Shown: piece after piece, positions 33,127 to 47,700 of the stretch
Layout of the letters: each line of letters starts with the position of its first letter
Numbering within the stretch: position 1 is the stretch's first letter
Origin: Ptychomitrium polyphyllum
Lineage: Eukaryota
NCBI GenBank assembly: GCA_973851085.1
Contig: OZ316776.1
Coordinates: 3,410,001 to 3,474,000 of the forward strand
Direction of reading: 5' to 3'
DNA length: 64,000 nucleotides
Position numbers and translations under genes: made by a program
Notes under the pieces: model-generated
The model's input: the letters and a program-made list of their open reading frames with translations, nothing else
Databases searched by the model: none
What the model was told of the DNA's origin: nothing

Positions 33127-35709
33127 GGTGGTTCTGAAATGGTCGAGAAGAATGACACAAGTAGCATTGACAAGCTTACGACGATGTACTCTGAAGTCCA
33201 TTTCTTTCGATACCCGCTTGAGTAGCATAAGTCTATCATAACAATGTCACCTGAGCATCATCAGGCTATCAATCGGAAACAGTAGGTTTAGTGAACGACC
33301 CCCCGATTAGCGCTGAGGAATTTATTCCTCCGGAATGTGAATTATGATTGGCTAGAGCATCCCGACTGGCTTCAGCTCTCCCTGTTCCTGTTTCTGTGAA
33401 AATGAGGTCCAAATCTTGACTTTATTTGACCTTTATAAACAGACTCATCTCTGTTCAGATTTTACTTAAACAGATATGAGGAGGAAAGCACTGCCAACAT
33501 CTGAGGATGTTTGGAAGAAAGCCTAGGAAGAAAGGGAGGAATTACACTTTGATGAGAGAATGTTGCTTATATTTGCATATTCATATTGTAACTTAAGGCT
33601 TTTATACAATTTGTGTAGATAGTAGCACCTTGCATAGGAAATATTTTGATATTAATTAAAGCAATGGCCTATTGTTTAAGAATGTTGGAGAAAGATCATT
33701 TCTAAATGTTGGTAGAACTCCTTGATCTAGCATCTGGAATTTGTAATTGTATAATGAATAATCGAAATAAAACATGAATTTCTATAGAGTGGCGTTTCAA
33801 GTCCACTGTATTTTTATAAAAATGTTCATCAAATTAAATTTAATGATTTATCAACAAAAAGCACATGCTCCATGTGCTGTGATTTACATCACATTCATTT
33901 TTAAGTCATACCTTACATTTTTAACAACCATCCCTTCATAAATTACAATGTTCTTTATCCTTATATTTTGGTTACAAAAATAATTGACTTTGTTAATCAT
34001 CTTTTCACATTATCTTGTTTATTCACCATAGCCCTAGCACATAATATGCATCCAATTTTCTTTACTTTTCCATTAATTAATCATTGAAATTTTTTGTGCA
34101 TTTTGAACAAGAAAGAAGAACAATAGTAACTTTTGCACTCATTTAAGAATTTTGTATTGTCAAAAAAATGATATTTATCTATTAGCTTAATGAAATAATA
34201 TTTTCAATTGTAAATATCATATGAATTGATTAAAAATGAATGGAATGTTACCATGTTCAAATATTAATTCCAATCATAAATACAAATAAGAAAGAAATAT
34301 GAGATGACATATAAATGTTTGAATATTCAAATTAAAATGCATGATGAAAATACTTACAAAAAATGCTTCAAGAAAGGAATTTTCAATACCATAACCAAAT
34401 TTATTGTTCTAACGGATTACAAAATATGAAAGATAATAAAATAAAGACGATCAATAAAAAACAAAAGCAAAGAAGTATTGAATGATTATAAAACACAAAA
34501 ACAAATTCTTGCTTTTAAATGTAATTTTTAAATGTAATTCAAAAAATCATAATAATTTAATGAGTTTTGATTATAAAAAATAATCATGAATTTTTTATGT
34601 GGTTTATTTCTATAATATTAATCTTGATGTTTTTCATGCATTCATTATTTTGGAAACAAGTGTAATTGTAAATATTGCACATTGACATAGTCAATGCCAT
34701 ACTTAAATGATAATTTTTGCATTAGAATTTGAGAATAAACCTTCCAAAATAATTAATTAACTCATTAATAGAATAACATATAGTGTCAACTTCTACCTTT
34801 ATAAAAATTTGGCAATGACTTGCTAAAAATGCTATTCAAATAGGATAACAATGTAAACTAAATGTATTTATAATTATTTTAAAAATTGATTTTTAACTTT
34901 TATTGTAGACAATAAGTATTGATTTTAGAAGTATACATCATTAGAATAGCATATCCTTGAATTAATTTATAATTGTAGATTGACATTTACAACTTTGAAA
35001 ATCCATTATTTAAGCAATAAATATGTTAGTATTGCTTGTCAAATATAATTGCCTTTGTACCTAATAAAAGCTTCTAATTCTTTTGCCAAAACATGACTTA
35101 TTAAGTTTATGATGTATGCCATATTGAACATAATACAATTACAAAATTGAAAGCATGTTCATGCAATTTTGGCAAGAAATAAAAATATTTATTATCGTGC
35201 AAATACCTTGGAGCATTCAATGTCTCTTTTCATAAAGACAAAATAATTTTATAGCAAATCATTTTCCTATGTAAAATATGGAGAAGTTTGGAGGTGGAAC
35301 AAATAGACAACTTATACATAGTTTTAAGCTTATTCCTGTATATAAGGAAGCTCAACTTATTTTTTTTAATCCATATATACATATATATATATATGAAACC
35401 ATGGTTTCATTCTGTTATATAAATAAAAAACTTATTCCAACTATAAAAAGAAGGAAGAAGACTTCGTTTTTACATGTTCTTCCTTATTTATTACTTGTGT
35501 AATTTCTTCCGTTTAATCTTTTTAATAATACCTTCAAATGTTTTTTTAATCAATTATGTTTATTTGGATATACCATTTCACCAAAATTACTTTGTATGAT
35601 TTTTAAATAATATAAATCCTAGCATTCATCCATGTCACTTCCTGCCAAATAGGATTTAAATTTATTTGATACTTCAACCATTACTTCTTAAAATAGATAA
35701 TTTTTCAAA

Positions 35710-35710
35710 T

Positions 35711-35779
<69 letters not shown>
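35710..35779. repeat. (TA)n microsatellite
   Basis: About 70 bp of TA dinucleotides with one CA interruption. Confidence 0.97.
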
Positions 35780-35782
<3 letters not shown>

Positions 35783-38700
35783 GGATGCACAGTATTGTAA
35801 GCATATAGGCAAAAGGCAAAGTTGTCATCCTTTTTAAGTGCTTACTGTTATATTTTAAATGTTTTTGAAAAATGGGTTCACCCCTAAAATTAAAAACCTA
35901 TCTTTTAGTTCTTACTAAAGCTGATCAAAAGAGGACCCATATGGTTCAAAGTTACAAAAATCACCTAAGACTGTTTTCTTTCACTTGTTGGGCTTCATAC
36001 TTTCCAATGTTAATGTCATCTATGACTAAATCTATTTTTGAGCAACCTTGTTGTGGACTTTCAACATGAGTAGTGGTCTACTGCAGAATGAACCAATTAA
36101 GTGCAGTCAACCATCAAAACAAAGAGGTTAGAACAGACTCCAAAGCAGACTGCACCCAGTTTAGTACAAGAGTCAAGCAGGCTGGTAGTACTGGTATTCG
36201 CAATCAAATCTGTGGCAATCAATTGTCCGTGCACAGCTCTTTTTAACTTACAATTGACGGTACAAACGTGAACATCAGGTGAGCTCATGGGAAGGGATCA
36301 GCGCAGTTGCAGGCCTGAATGAAAGCAAATGCTACACCAGTGGGTTGTGCAGACTAAGGGAGTGTAAGCAAGAGGACATGAATGGAAATGTGAACTTTTG
36401 GCAAGAGCACCTGATGTCTATGCCAGTGAGTGTGCCAGGAAAGCTCATTATGCTTTAAAGCATCTGTCATTTGCCTTTATGACTTCTATGTCCATATTGT
36501 CCTAAAGCCTAGATTTTGAACAAACCTAAAACATTGACAATTTGACAAATCATTCAGCCTAAGTCTCAAATTAGCTATAGTCTAATCTTGCTATTACAAC
36601 ACTTGAACATGTAGCAACTTCAACTGTATAACTCATTTTGGTAAAACTAATTTACCTATTTCAAAAACCCCCCTATAATACGACTATAACATATTGTAAT
36701 GCAATAATTAAGAACCTTTATTTATTATATAATAGAGGTAAGTAATGCTTAATGTATATGAATTTCATCCAAAATGATGAATTTTGAAAAAAATGTGGTA
36801 CTTTATTCATTTATAATTAGAAACCTTACAAAAACTTCCAAAGTCTAAGACTAAAAAATGGTGGCTAAGATTTAAGGATGGAAGCTAGGGCTTGTATGGT
36901 GGCTAAAGTTGGTTGCTATTAACAAGCTTAGTATTGCAAATCTTGGTAAACATAAAGTGTACTTTTAATATTTTTAAATCATTGTAATGTGTTTCTATAC
37001 TTATTTTGGTCAACTTTTGAAAACCTCAACAATACAACACCAAATGCCTTAAATGTAATATAATCAAAATGTGACATTTCAATTATACTATAATTTTTTT
37101 GTTTCCCAAATTAGTTATATTAGAGAGGAACAAGAGGAATCTAAAAAAAATTCACATGAATTTTGAAATTTGCAACATCAATCAATATTGGATATTAAAA
37201 GTTTGACTTACTTAAGTCCATTTATGTTTTTTCCACCAAATGATGATTAGTCTTATTTTTATAAATATCCAATAAGCTTATGCCACATATGCTTGCATCA
37301 ACGTTATACAACTTAATTTTGTTCCTTACACCAATTAAAGGCCAATTGGTCTCAAATGAACATTTATATAAAACAAGCTAATTTAAAGTTAAAGACAGAT
37401 TATTTGATGAAATGAAAAGATCTTAAAGTTAATATTTAATAAAATATTTTATAGCTATTATACAAACACTAAGAAGAAATATCTACATAACAGCATACTT
37501 CTAAAAAACATCTTCAAAATAAATGATACCTTCTAATATTTGACAAATCATATTATTATGTTTTTCTCAAATAATGTTTTTAAAATTAATTTGATTAAAT
37601 ATAAAGCTTCTACATATAAAAAATTTAGTACTTTTAAAATATAAGACTTAATTCTCCAAAAATCATTCCATCCTTTAGTAAAGATATCAAAAATTCATTT
37701 TATTGATATCTTATTGGTCATCGATAATTTCAAATTTGATTTTGTGATAAAATTTACAAAATTTGAAAAGAAAATTTATAATGTCTAAACAACTTTAAAA
37801 AATCACTATCATTGGAATGAAATATAATTCTTTATTTTATACGAGTAATTTTTATAAAAATACACCATGTTTATTTATTGAAACACTTTAGATGCACATG
37901 ATATAAAGATTCAACATGCATTTTGGATCATGTATATTTTGAATTAATGGACTTTAATATTTGATATGTCATAATGATGTGGATATTTATTAAATAAATC
38001 AATTTTTATGTTTTGTCAAATTGATTTCTTTTATCATAACAATCTTTGATTCTTAAAGGTGGAAAATGTCATTTTGAGTACTTTGGATGAATAAAACTTT
38101 GACAAGATGTGTTTTCTTCATCCAAAGTTTATCCTCAAAAAATAAAATGACTAATTAAATTTCAATTCGAATTTGGTTTTTGAACTAAAAAATTCTATAT
38201 TGACTTAAGTTGTAATGAAAATTTACTACAAAGAAGTTTGATTATTTGCATCATTTTTTTGTAAAATTTGAGCCATCTTTTAATATATTAAACAATGACT
38301 AGCTATGGTAACTACTACATCATTTATTTTTCCTATGAATATATGTTTATAATTAGTCATAATGATTAAGGGCCAATTTAATGAAATGCAAAGGCATAAG
38401 GCTTTTATAAACATTAGAAAACCATTAAATAGTATTTCTACCATTGCCACCAATTGTGGCGCCAACAAGCTTAAAGGCAACACTAGTTCATTAGAGCTCA
38501 AATTGCAATTGTCAATGACAACTTTCAATTTGGCTCATTCAAATTATCCTTTTAAAAAAAAGATAGCTAGACCTTGAATATTCCATTAAATGCTTTTAGA
38601 AGCTCTTTTTAGCCAAGTTTCTTGTGTTATTAAATGGATGTTGAGAGTTTCTATGAGACATACAATACAATTGTGGAACTTATTCAAAATTCAATTGGAT

Positions 38701-41700
38701 GCAAGTCAAAGGCACAAGTAGCTTGCCACAGGGAAGGCTTCAACAAGATTAGTGCAAGACATTTTACAAATAGCATCATCAAAGCCTTGTTAATGCATTA
38801 ATATCTTTTATTTTTGAAGTTTTTGGTATCAACATGTTTTTCAATAATATTACGTCAATTTTTTTTTTATTAGAATGGATTTATTTATTCAAGAATTGCC
38901 ACCAATTGCATTTTAGCACCTTTTTGGATAATAAAACATCATAATACTTCAGACTAAGTCACCACATGATTCCCAATTTCATCCATGTCATTTATAATAA
39001 GTCTATTGCAAGATTTTAGAACTAAGGTTATTGTTTTTCACTTTAATTCAAATATATGGCACTTCAAATGCAACAATGTCTTAAAAAATTAGAAATCTTT
39101 CAATAGTTTGAATCTTTGAAATTTAATCTTACAATTAGAACCAAAATTTTAAAATGTATAATTATAGTGTATATCAATTCTAAAGATCTACACCTATTCT
39201 TCTAAGTACTATTTAAAAATGATCCTTTCAAATTCTCAAATCTAAAAGCATCTTTCTAATTGTTAAAAATTAATATTTTTAATGTCCAACCTTTTTTTAA
39301 AATGATAGGGTTCTTTAGCGAGTTTTTATTCTAACAATACATTATCAAAATTGGGCTATATATATTAGGTAAGTATACAAAAGGCTGACCTGGTATTTTC
39401 CACCAATTTTTTTTGAATACTTATATTAATTAACTAAATTGGCTTTTAAATCCCATGTGTTTTGGACTTAAAACTTAACAAATTCAAGCACAAATAAAAT
39501 GTGATAACCTGTATAATCCAAGCGCATGGGTTAATGATCATGCATGATAAGTGAGATGGATGTGCTTCATTAACCAATTAATGTGATCACTATGTCACAA
39601 AGGAACCAAGAAACCAAATCAACTAAATTCCATGATGAAATTGTGTTTGAATTGTAAGGTCCAGTTTTGTGAAATTCAATTATCCACATTTTTTGGGGAA
39701 CAAAATGACAGGAAAAAATGAAATAACAGAAAATTTTATGGAAAAAGAAAAGAAAAAGAAAACTTGAGGTGTGCAAGTTGCAAAGATGCTTGTATAACAT
39801 ACTAAAACACATAAAGTATTTATGAATATAATTCTTATATTATGTGATACTCTTTGCCTACAGGCACCAATGATGGAATTTTTTCCTAATAAGGTCTTAC
39901 CATGGCTACAATCTTGTGAGTGCATGCTGTATGATTTTCAAGCTTGTTTATGGAGCTCCTACTAATTGTTGTACAATCGTTTTGTGCGTGCCATATGCGA
40001 AGGTAATCCAAAAACTTGGTCTGGGGTTCTACTGACAGATTTTGGTAACAAAGACCATCCTTGTGAAATCACTGGAGGACCTCATGTTGGGTGGAACTGG
40101 GAAGACTACAAACAACCAAAGCTTAAACATTGACATGAGTTGACTTCTGGACTTTGAAAACTTCAGCTGCAGCCTCGGGTATTTTCCTCCGCTGGAGGCC
40201 TGGATTGGCAATTCAACCTACGACAAGTATATGTTTATTCTGTGGACCAGAAGGGCTCCGGACTCCATGGCCAGTGCCGCCAACATGGAAATTTGGTTCA
40301 ACGATCTAATGTTGACGAGTTGACTGTGGAGGTTCAGTTTGGAATTTGAATTCTGATTCCAGTGTGTGCCAGGCTGCTGGAAGGTCTAAGACAATAATGT
40401 TTGAAAATGTGTGTATTGCAACTGTAGGTCATCCTTGAATAGATTGCTTGTTGAATTCTTTAAGCATGGTTGGCAACCTTGACTATTGTGTGGTGCTGCT
40501 TATCAAAACCTTGCTTCTCTCATCCATGGAATCCAACCGCACTTGTGCTACATCCACCATGGTGGAAGTAACACCCCTTTATTTTTTTGAAGATTGGTGA
40601 ATAGGTTGGCCATGGGGCACTAGCCTTTGCTTGAACCTAAAGCCACTGCACAGACTGTAAGGCATGCCGCACTCAAGGGCTCTGCAGCAGTCAAATCATC
40701 GTGTGGTTTAGCTGCAGTCAAACTGCACTGGCTATATCCATCAAAGCAGAGAAAAGCGCAAATTAGCTGTAATCATATACCCTGATGCTACATTTAATCA
40801 TCATAAATTGGCTCCAGTTTTCAGATACATGATACGGTTATTATTGGAAAATGTTGATTACAATTGTAAGTTATTTTCCTTCACTTTATAACTTTTTTAC
40901 ATAGGAGGTCTAGAAAATTTTACCACAGGAATAGGAAAGATATGTCAAATTGGATAATTGCCATTAAGTTTTTCCTAAATAGATTCCTAAGTGGTGATGT
41001 TACCCAATTTCCAAATACCTACTATGCACCAAGCAAAAGTTGTCTTGTATCAACAATAGAAGCCCCTGTTTCCCTAGTTTAAAAGGTATTCATACTTCCA
41101 AAATTAGACGGATTTTTATTTTTGACTGATTTTTTTTTTTAAAAAATTGAAGAAGATTTGGATTTTTATGCCCAAAAGCATATTTACGTGGAATTCATAT
41201 ATTGTGTTTTATTCTACAGTTTTTAGTTTAAGTTTGAATATCATGTCACAAAGGTTCCATAATTGTCAATAGGCTTTTATATATATGAAAAATTTGTATT
41301 AACAATTGACATATTATTCAAAAAATTAAAACTTATATGATTAAATAAGAAAAACCATGCACTTTTGATTGCAAGCATAATAAAGTGCACAACTAGTCTG
41401 CTTCTAAAAATACATTGAAAAATGTTAAAGATAATAGAAAAAGTGATGAAAAGTAATAATTTTTTTAAGAAATTCCAATTTACCTCTACAATGCACAATG
41501 CATTTGATACTAGCTTTATTTTTCCAAAAAATACTTCAATATTTACTTTTAAAATATTTTAAAATATTTTGCAAACAAAAATAGAAAAATCCAATTCATT
41601 TGTAATTATTATTTAAACCCAAATTTTCATATAAAAAGGTATAATAATTTAAAATTCAACTGTAAAGTATATAATGTACATTATTTTTTAACAAATGCCA

Positions 41701-44700
41701 AAATATTTTTGTTTCCTGTATTTGTATTGTTGTTTAAAACTGTTTTGTAAAAGTTTGCATTTCTCATATTGCATAAAGTGCTCCATATGTATATTTCATC
41801 AAAAAAACATATTTCAATTTGTAAATTTTTATATGAACACCTAAATTTATTAAAAACAAGTGTTAAAAAAGAATTCAAATTATTGATTATTAAATAGTAC
41901 TTTTATGCCTTAAATTTTTAAAACTCCTAAAATGAAGCATATTATTCACTTGTTTGTATACTATTTTACACTTGCATCTTCTTCTTTTCAAATAGCCTAT
42001 TTTCAGCACCTTTTCAAAAATGATCAAATATTTGCAAGCTTTTCATTTAATCGATTCCAAAAAAAAACAAATGTGTGAATAGGAAAGTAATGATTTTATT
42101 ATGATGTTAAACAAAGTGATATGTTTAAATATTGGTTTAATGGAATTTGAATTGAAAAAAAATCAAACAAGGGAGAATAACAAAATTTTGCCAAGCAAAC
42201 CATTAGCAAGCATCTTAGTGGCATGAATGCAAGCATTGCTATGTTTTAAAACTATGTATAGTGGATTTTGAATCAAATTTCTGAATTGTCTTGTAAAAAA
42301 ATTTTAGAGCCACAATGTTGATTTATGTGGCCTTCTACTCTGCATACCAATCAAGATTCATGAGTGCATATATTTCTTCATATCATAATCTCTGTGTTGC
42401 TACTATATTTCACTCTTTTATTAACAATTCTTGATCATTTTTGTAGGTGATGTATTCAACACCAAGACCTTATATTGAACAAAATTAATTAAAATTAGAC
42501 TCATTTAGTATGATAAATCAACTCCAATCACAAACAATTTACTTTTTGTGCACTTTAGTCTATTCTAGATGTGCCATATTATTTCTCATCACTTATGAAC
42601 TTAAATCAACTCTACAAAGTCTAAATTTTATTAATTAAGCACACACATTGATTTCAAATTTTAGTTAATAGTCTTTGATAGATTTACAATAATATCCGCT
42701 CTTTTCTAATTCACTTCCACCACACATGATCCTTCTATTGAATTCATCATTGTTTATGGCCTACCTTCAGAAATACAATCTACATTTAAAAAAATTATTG
42801 GTAAAAAGGTAGGCACACTTCTTGCACTTATATGAAAAGTTTGCCATTTATCAATTTCCACATCTTTAATAAAACATAGAAAATCCATTTTTTTGTTATT
42901 ATAGTTATGATAATGCCTTCACCATCTTTTTTACTAATAAAGAAAATATAAAAGAATAAAAAAATTTCACATAGAGTTGCTAGACATTTCATAGTACAAA
43001 GTTAAAATACAAGTTTTATATAAATTAACTCCCAAACAATGGAGTTACAAAAGCCATTAAATAAAAGAGACAAGTATTAAGATTCCAACTATATACATAC
43101 TTGCATTTCCATATCTATGACTTATCATAACAAGATTCAAATTAAATATTTAGATATATTTGATTATTTTTTTAAAGTAATTTAATTTTTCATTTTTTAA
43201 AATACAATATTAGATTCATTGAATAAATATTTGGTTAAATCCATTAACAAAAATTGACTATGATAGATAATATTTACTTTAAGCATACTAGGTATTTTAA
43301 TGATAAGTTTTTTCAAACTTTAAAAAAATAATGACACTTTGTTTTTTAGCTTTTAAATTCAAAAACATATTATTTATGTTTATAATAAATAAAAGCTAAT
43401 ATTATAAGCACTTCTATAGTCTATAGCTTTTACACAAAAAAGAAATATATCAACATTTTATTTACATATAAAAATCTACTCTTTTTATGTAGCATTGTAT
43501 ATAAATGATTGTTATATATCATTCAAAATCGTAATTTGGTAATCAATCCAAAATAAGTCATGTTGATGATTTTAATTATTTTAATAAAAGATAAGCTTTA
43601 CATACAATTAATCTAGTGTTTTGAGTTTTTTTTTTTTTTTTTTTTTGAATTAAAGGGATTTTCTTGAATGTATCAGCCTTGTGGATCAAAATTTACTTAT
43701 GCAATATTGTAAAATAACAATAATGATAATTTTATTCATACAAGATTTTAAATAAATTCATATGTATTGATTCAAATAGAATGCCAAAAAGTTTTAATTT
43801 TGATTAAGTCTTTTTTATATAATATTGCATATATAATAGAATTTAATATATTTTTGTTGAAAACTTAAATACATGAGATGTATTTATGTAGTTTTTCTTA
43901 GAATTAAGAATTAAAATATTTTTACAAAAGAGAAATATAGGTTTATAGTTGAAATATGTATTCTATCATTATGCAAATTTGTAAAATTTGTGATAAAAAT
44001 GAATTATAAAAATTAATAAATTGATAATGTTTCATAAATTTTACATTCTTGTTCCACCAACTTTAGTATTCATACACAAAATTCATAAGAAGTGGTGATT
44101 CATGGATTTTTTGCATATCTTAAATGATTTTGATATTTTATAATAAAATAAAATCATTGTAGAATTTGGAGTAGTCTAGGATAATAAACAACAATTAATA
44201 TGACATTAGATTTCTATTAAAATCTATAGCAATGTTGATTTTTCTTAAACTATTACAACTTTATATATATATATATACATAACTACACATATGTACATAC
44301 ACCTACATGTATTTATGTCCAAATCTTGGATAAATTATCACGTCATAAAATAAAGTCGTTTTATATTTGTTCACAATAGTTTAAAGGATAAATTCATCCT
44401 AAGAATATCAAACATGTCCATTTTATTAAAAAGGTGAAAATATAGGTGAGCATAAATTACAGAATGTGTGGAAAAAGCAGCTTGTAAGCACATGAGCAAG
44501 TGTAGTTAGGATTATGTGCTTGCATTTTGCTGCATGGCCGTAGCCATATAGATGCCAAAGAATAAGCCAATCTCCCACTGCAACATCCTGGAATTCATCA
44601 AAACTGGCATTCCAGGAAAACCTGCCATGAATAATATTCTACTACATTGGTTTGTCTGTAAACTATCTTGACGGAAAATGATGCTTAACTTTGTCCATAT

Positions 44701-47700
44701 GACACTTGTTTATATGACAACCTTGATTTTACAATAAGATTTTACGTAACTAAACTTTTTAGCTCAAATCTCCCTTTGGAACACAACTCTGAGACACAAT
44801 ATTTCACCATTTAAATCTCCATTTTTCATATCATAAAACAATGTAGATATATCTCATCCAATACGGATGAAAGTGTAGGAAAACTCAGATATAAAGGAAA
44901 CCGCATGAGAACTTATGGGTCTGTAATAAAAATCTTTGAAAACTATATTTAATAATACAGCACATGATTCATATGGCATATCTTGTGTTCCCCATAGATG
45001 TCATGTCAAAGAGTGAAACAGTAGCCTGGAGATTGAATGGTGCCAGGAGTCCTCACTCCTTGAATTCCGGTAACTTTGTGGTTTTTCAAAATCCTCTTTG
45101 TTGATATTTGATAATAAGTAAGTTATGATAACTTAGTAAGTTAGCTGTGGCAGCCTCTGAGTCCAAGAATGGACTTGGTGAAGGCAAGACCAATGGACCA
45201 TGTTCACAATGTCCTTGCAGCATCTTGTACAATGTGTACAATGCTAGATATCCCTGTGTAATGGTGGCAAACAGGGTGCTTTACAATCTCCATCCAGATT
45301 CCCAGCCTTTGTCTTTGCTCCTGATCTTGAGGCTGCTGAGCTTAGGGGTAAATTATCCTCAATCAAGTGCTCTTCATGGACTCTTCCAGGCAGTGGAGCC
45401 ACATTGACAATGCTGTTCCACTTTAGCATTAAAAAATCAACCAACACCTAATAAAAATGTAATAAAAATATAATTTCTTCTCTTTTGTCTTTCATATATG
45501 TCTACATCTGGTTATTATACCAGATGTGGAGAGGCTTGAAGCTTTTCCTGCCATAACATTCTTTGGCTCTGTAAGCATGCACCATGTGATCATTGCAAAT
45601 TTCTAACATTTGAACAATTAGTGGTTTAGGAGAATGAAAAAAAACAACAATCACAGTCATAAATGAATGCATTGTTGAAAGGCAACAACTCATATTTGTA
45701 CAGGTCATGCAAGCTATCAGAGGAACAATACAGGTTTGAGGGGTTTTTACCATATAAAACAACAACCTTGACTTAGGAGCTCATTCAGTTTGGCTGAAGT
45801 TTGCATACAAAGATTCAGGCTTCTTGTCAACTTGTTTGAGTATTATGAACTCATCATGGCTGTAGTGTACCATGACTGTACATACATATGGTTCTACACA
45901 TTTCTGAAAGATGACTGATCTGCTTCTGACTCCAAGTCCAGCAGCCATGCCTGACCATTGGGCAGCTATGCCAACACTCATATTCATCAATGTTAGGTCA
46001 TACCAACTTCTTAGTTGTTTGATTATTCTTTATTTAAATAATAAACATAAAATTTTTGTACACTTATATAGAGCAGTCGAAAACTCTTGGTTGCAAGAAG
46101 AGTAAAGTTCATTCCCGCCACTGATAGTGGAACCTGAAGAGTTTAGCGGTACTTAGTACCATTCTACGAGAATGTCCGTACTGGCCACCTTCACCAATGA
46201 CACCACTGTCCTGAATTGATCTCCAGCAGAGGTAGACACTTCCACATTATCCCGTTCAGAACAGATATCTATGGCCTGTTTAGAAACACATGCCAGAAAT
46301 GTATATTTATCGAAGATGGACTCCACCTCGTTGCCCAGACAGGTCGAATCCAAGGCAGTTAAGTAGTACAATGTCACCCTGTTAGAGAATTTGGAACACT
46401 TAAAATGGTAGTTGGTGTCATGTATCATTTAGTGTCGCTATCACTTACTTTATAAGTAACGCTATTCAGACAACAATTCATAATGTGCCTTGTTGTTCCA
46501 ATCAAACCTGGCGGCACTGGTTCACCGGGTTACATTTAATGTCATGAAGATAAATACAAGATATAACCACCCACATTTCCCATTTAGAACAGTCATCCAC
46601 CATAAACATCGACAGTATATGCCAGAATGAATGCCGCTCTAACATGGGGTCCACTTTGAGACCACGTCCACAATGGGTACTTTGACCTTAGGCACCGTAA
46701 TGTATGAAAACCGAGCAGTGCCAATGGTGTCAGCGCAAATATTCTAATACTGTCTCAAAAGAGCCACCAGCGCCTAAAATACGTCAGAATCAACCCCAGG
46801 TCTACATTCCATTTCAAGAGATCTACAAAATTCTAGATAACATTCTTTTGTGATCGCTCGCGCCGCTGAAGTCAAGTGACGATCGCGTAGTTTTTCTAGA
46901 CGAGATTGCGATCGAGGACACTCGATCATCAATCGCGATACGGTTGTCGTAATCCTGCGATTGGGCGAAGGAAGCACTCGACAGTGGTAGCTCAAAGATG
47001 GGCGTAGGATATTAGCCATAGTCGTAAAGTAGATGGACCGTGGGGGGCCATCTAGGCTGATGTGATGCTCTTGCAGCAACTTCGTGGGCTTTGGGAGTTT
47101 CAGGTTTTGGATTGGTGGCTGGCTTGGTCCTGTTGGGAAGCAGGGAAGTAGACAGTAACTTGGCAGCTCCAAAGGCAGTAACTTGGTTGTACCTCCCATG
47201 TGAGTTGACATCAGTGAACTTGAAGCAAGCTTGGAGTTCACCTCCAATGCTTCCAAAACTCGGATCTTTGGAGCAGCTGGGTTAAAGGTTGCTGTTTTGG
47301 TGTTTTCAACGTTGGTGGGTGGGGTTGCACGGAGGTACTTAACTTAGTCTGTTTGGTTTCCAACAACTTGTTTTTTCTAAGTTCTTCCTTCTAAGTTTGT
47401 GTTCCGAGTTTTTGTGACGGTGGTGCCATTTTTCTAGCCCTAAGATGAGAGTGACATCGTGCACTACGCCTGGTTGGGGGAGGATGGATGTCTTTAGAGG
47501 GTGAGATTAGGGTACCCTGATCGATTTTGTTGTTCCAAGATGGGATTTTTGTAGAATCTTGCCGGTGAATCTTTCTAGATCTGTTTGAGTTTGTTTCTCT
47601 GGTGCAATCCTCTCAGAGTCTTTTTGCTCTGGTGCTTATTTGCAGGTGGGTTTACTTTTTTGGTAAATTGTGGTTGAACTTGGAATTAGGTGTGGTGTGA

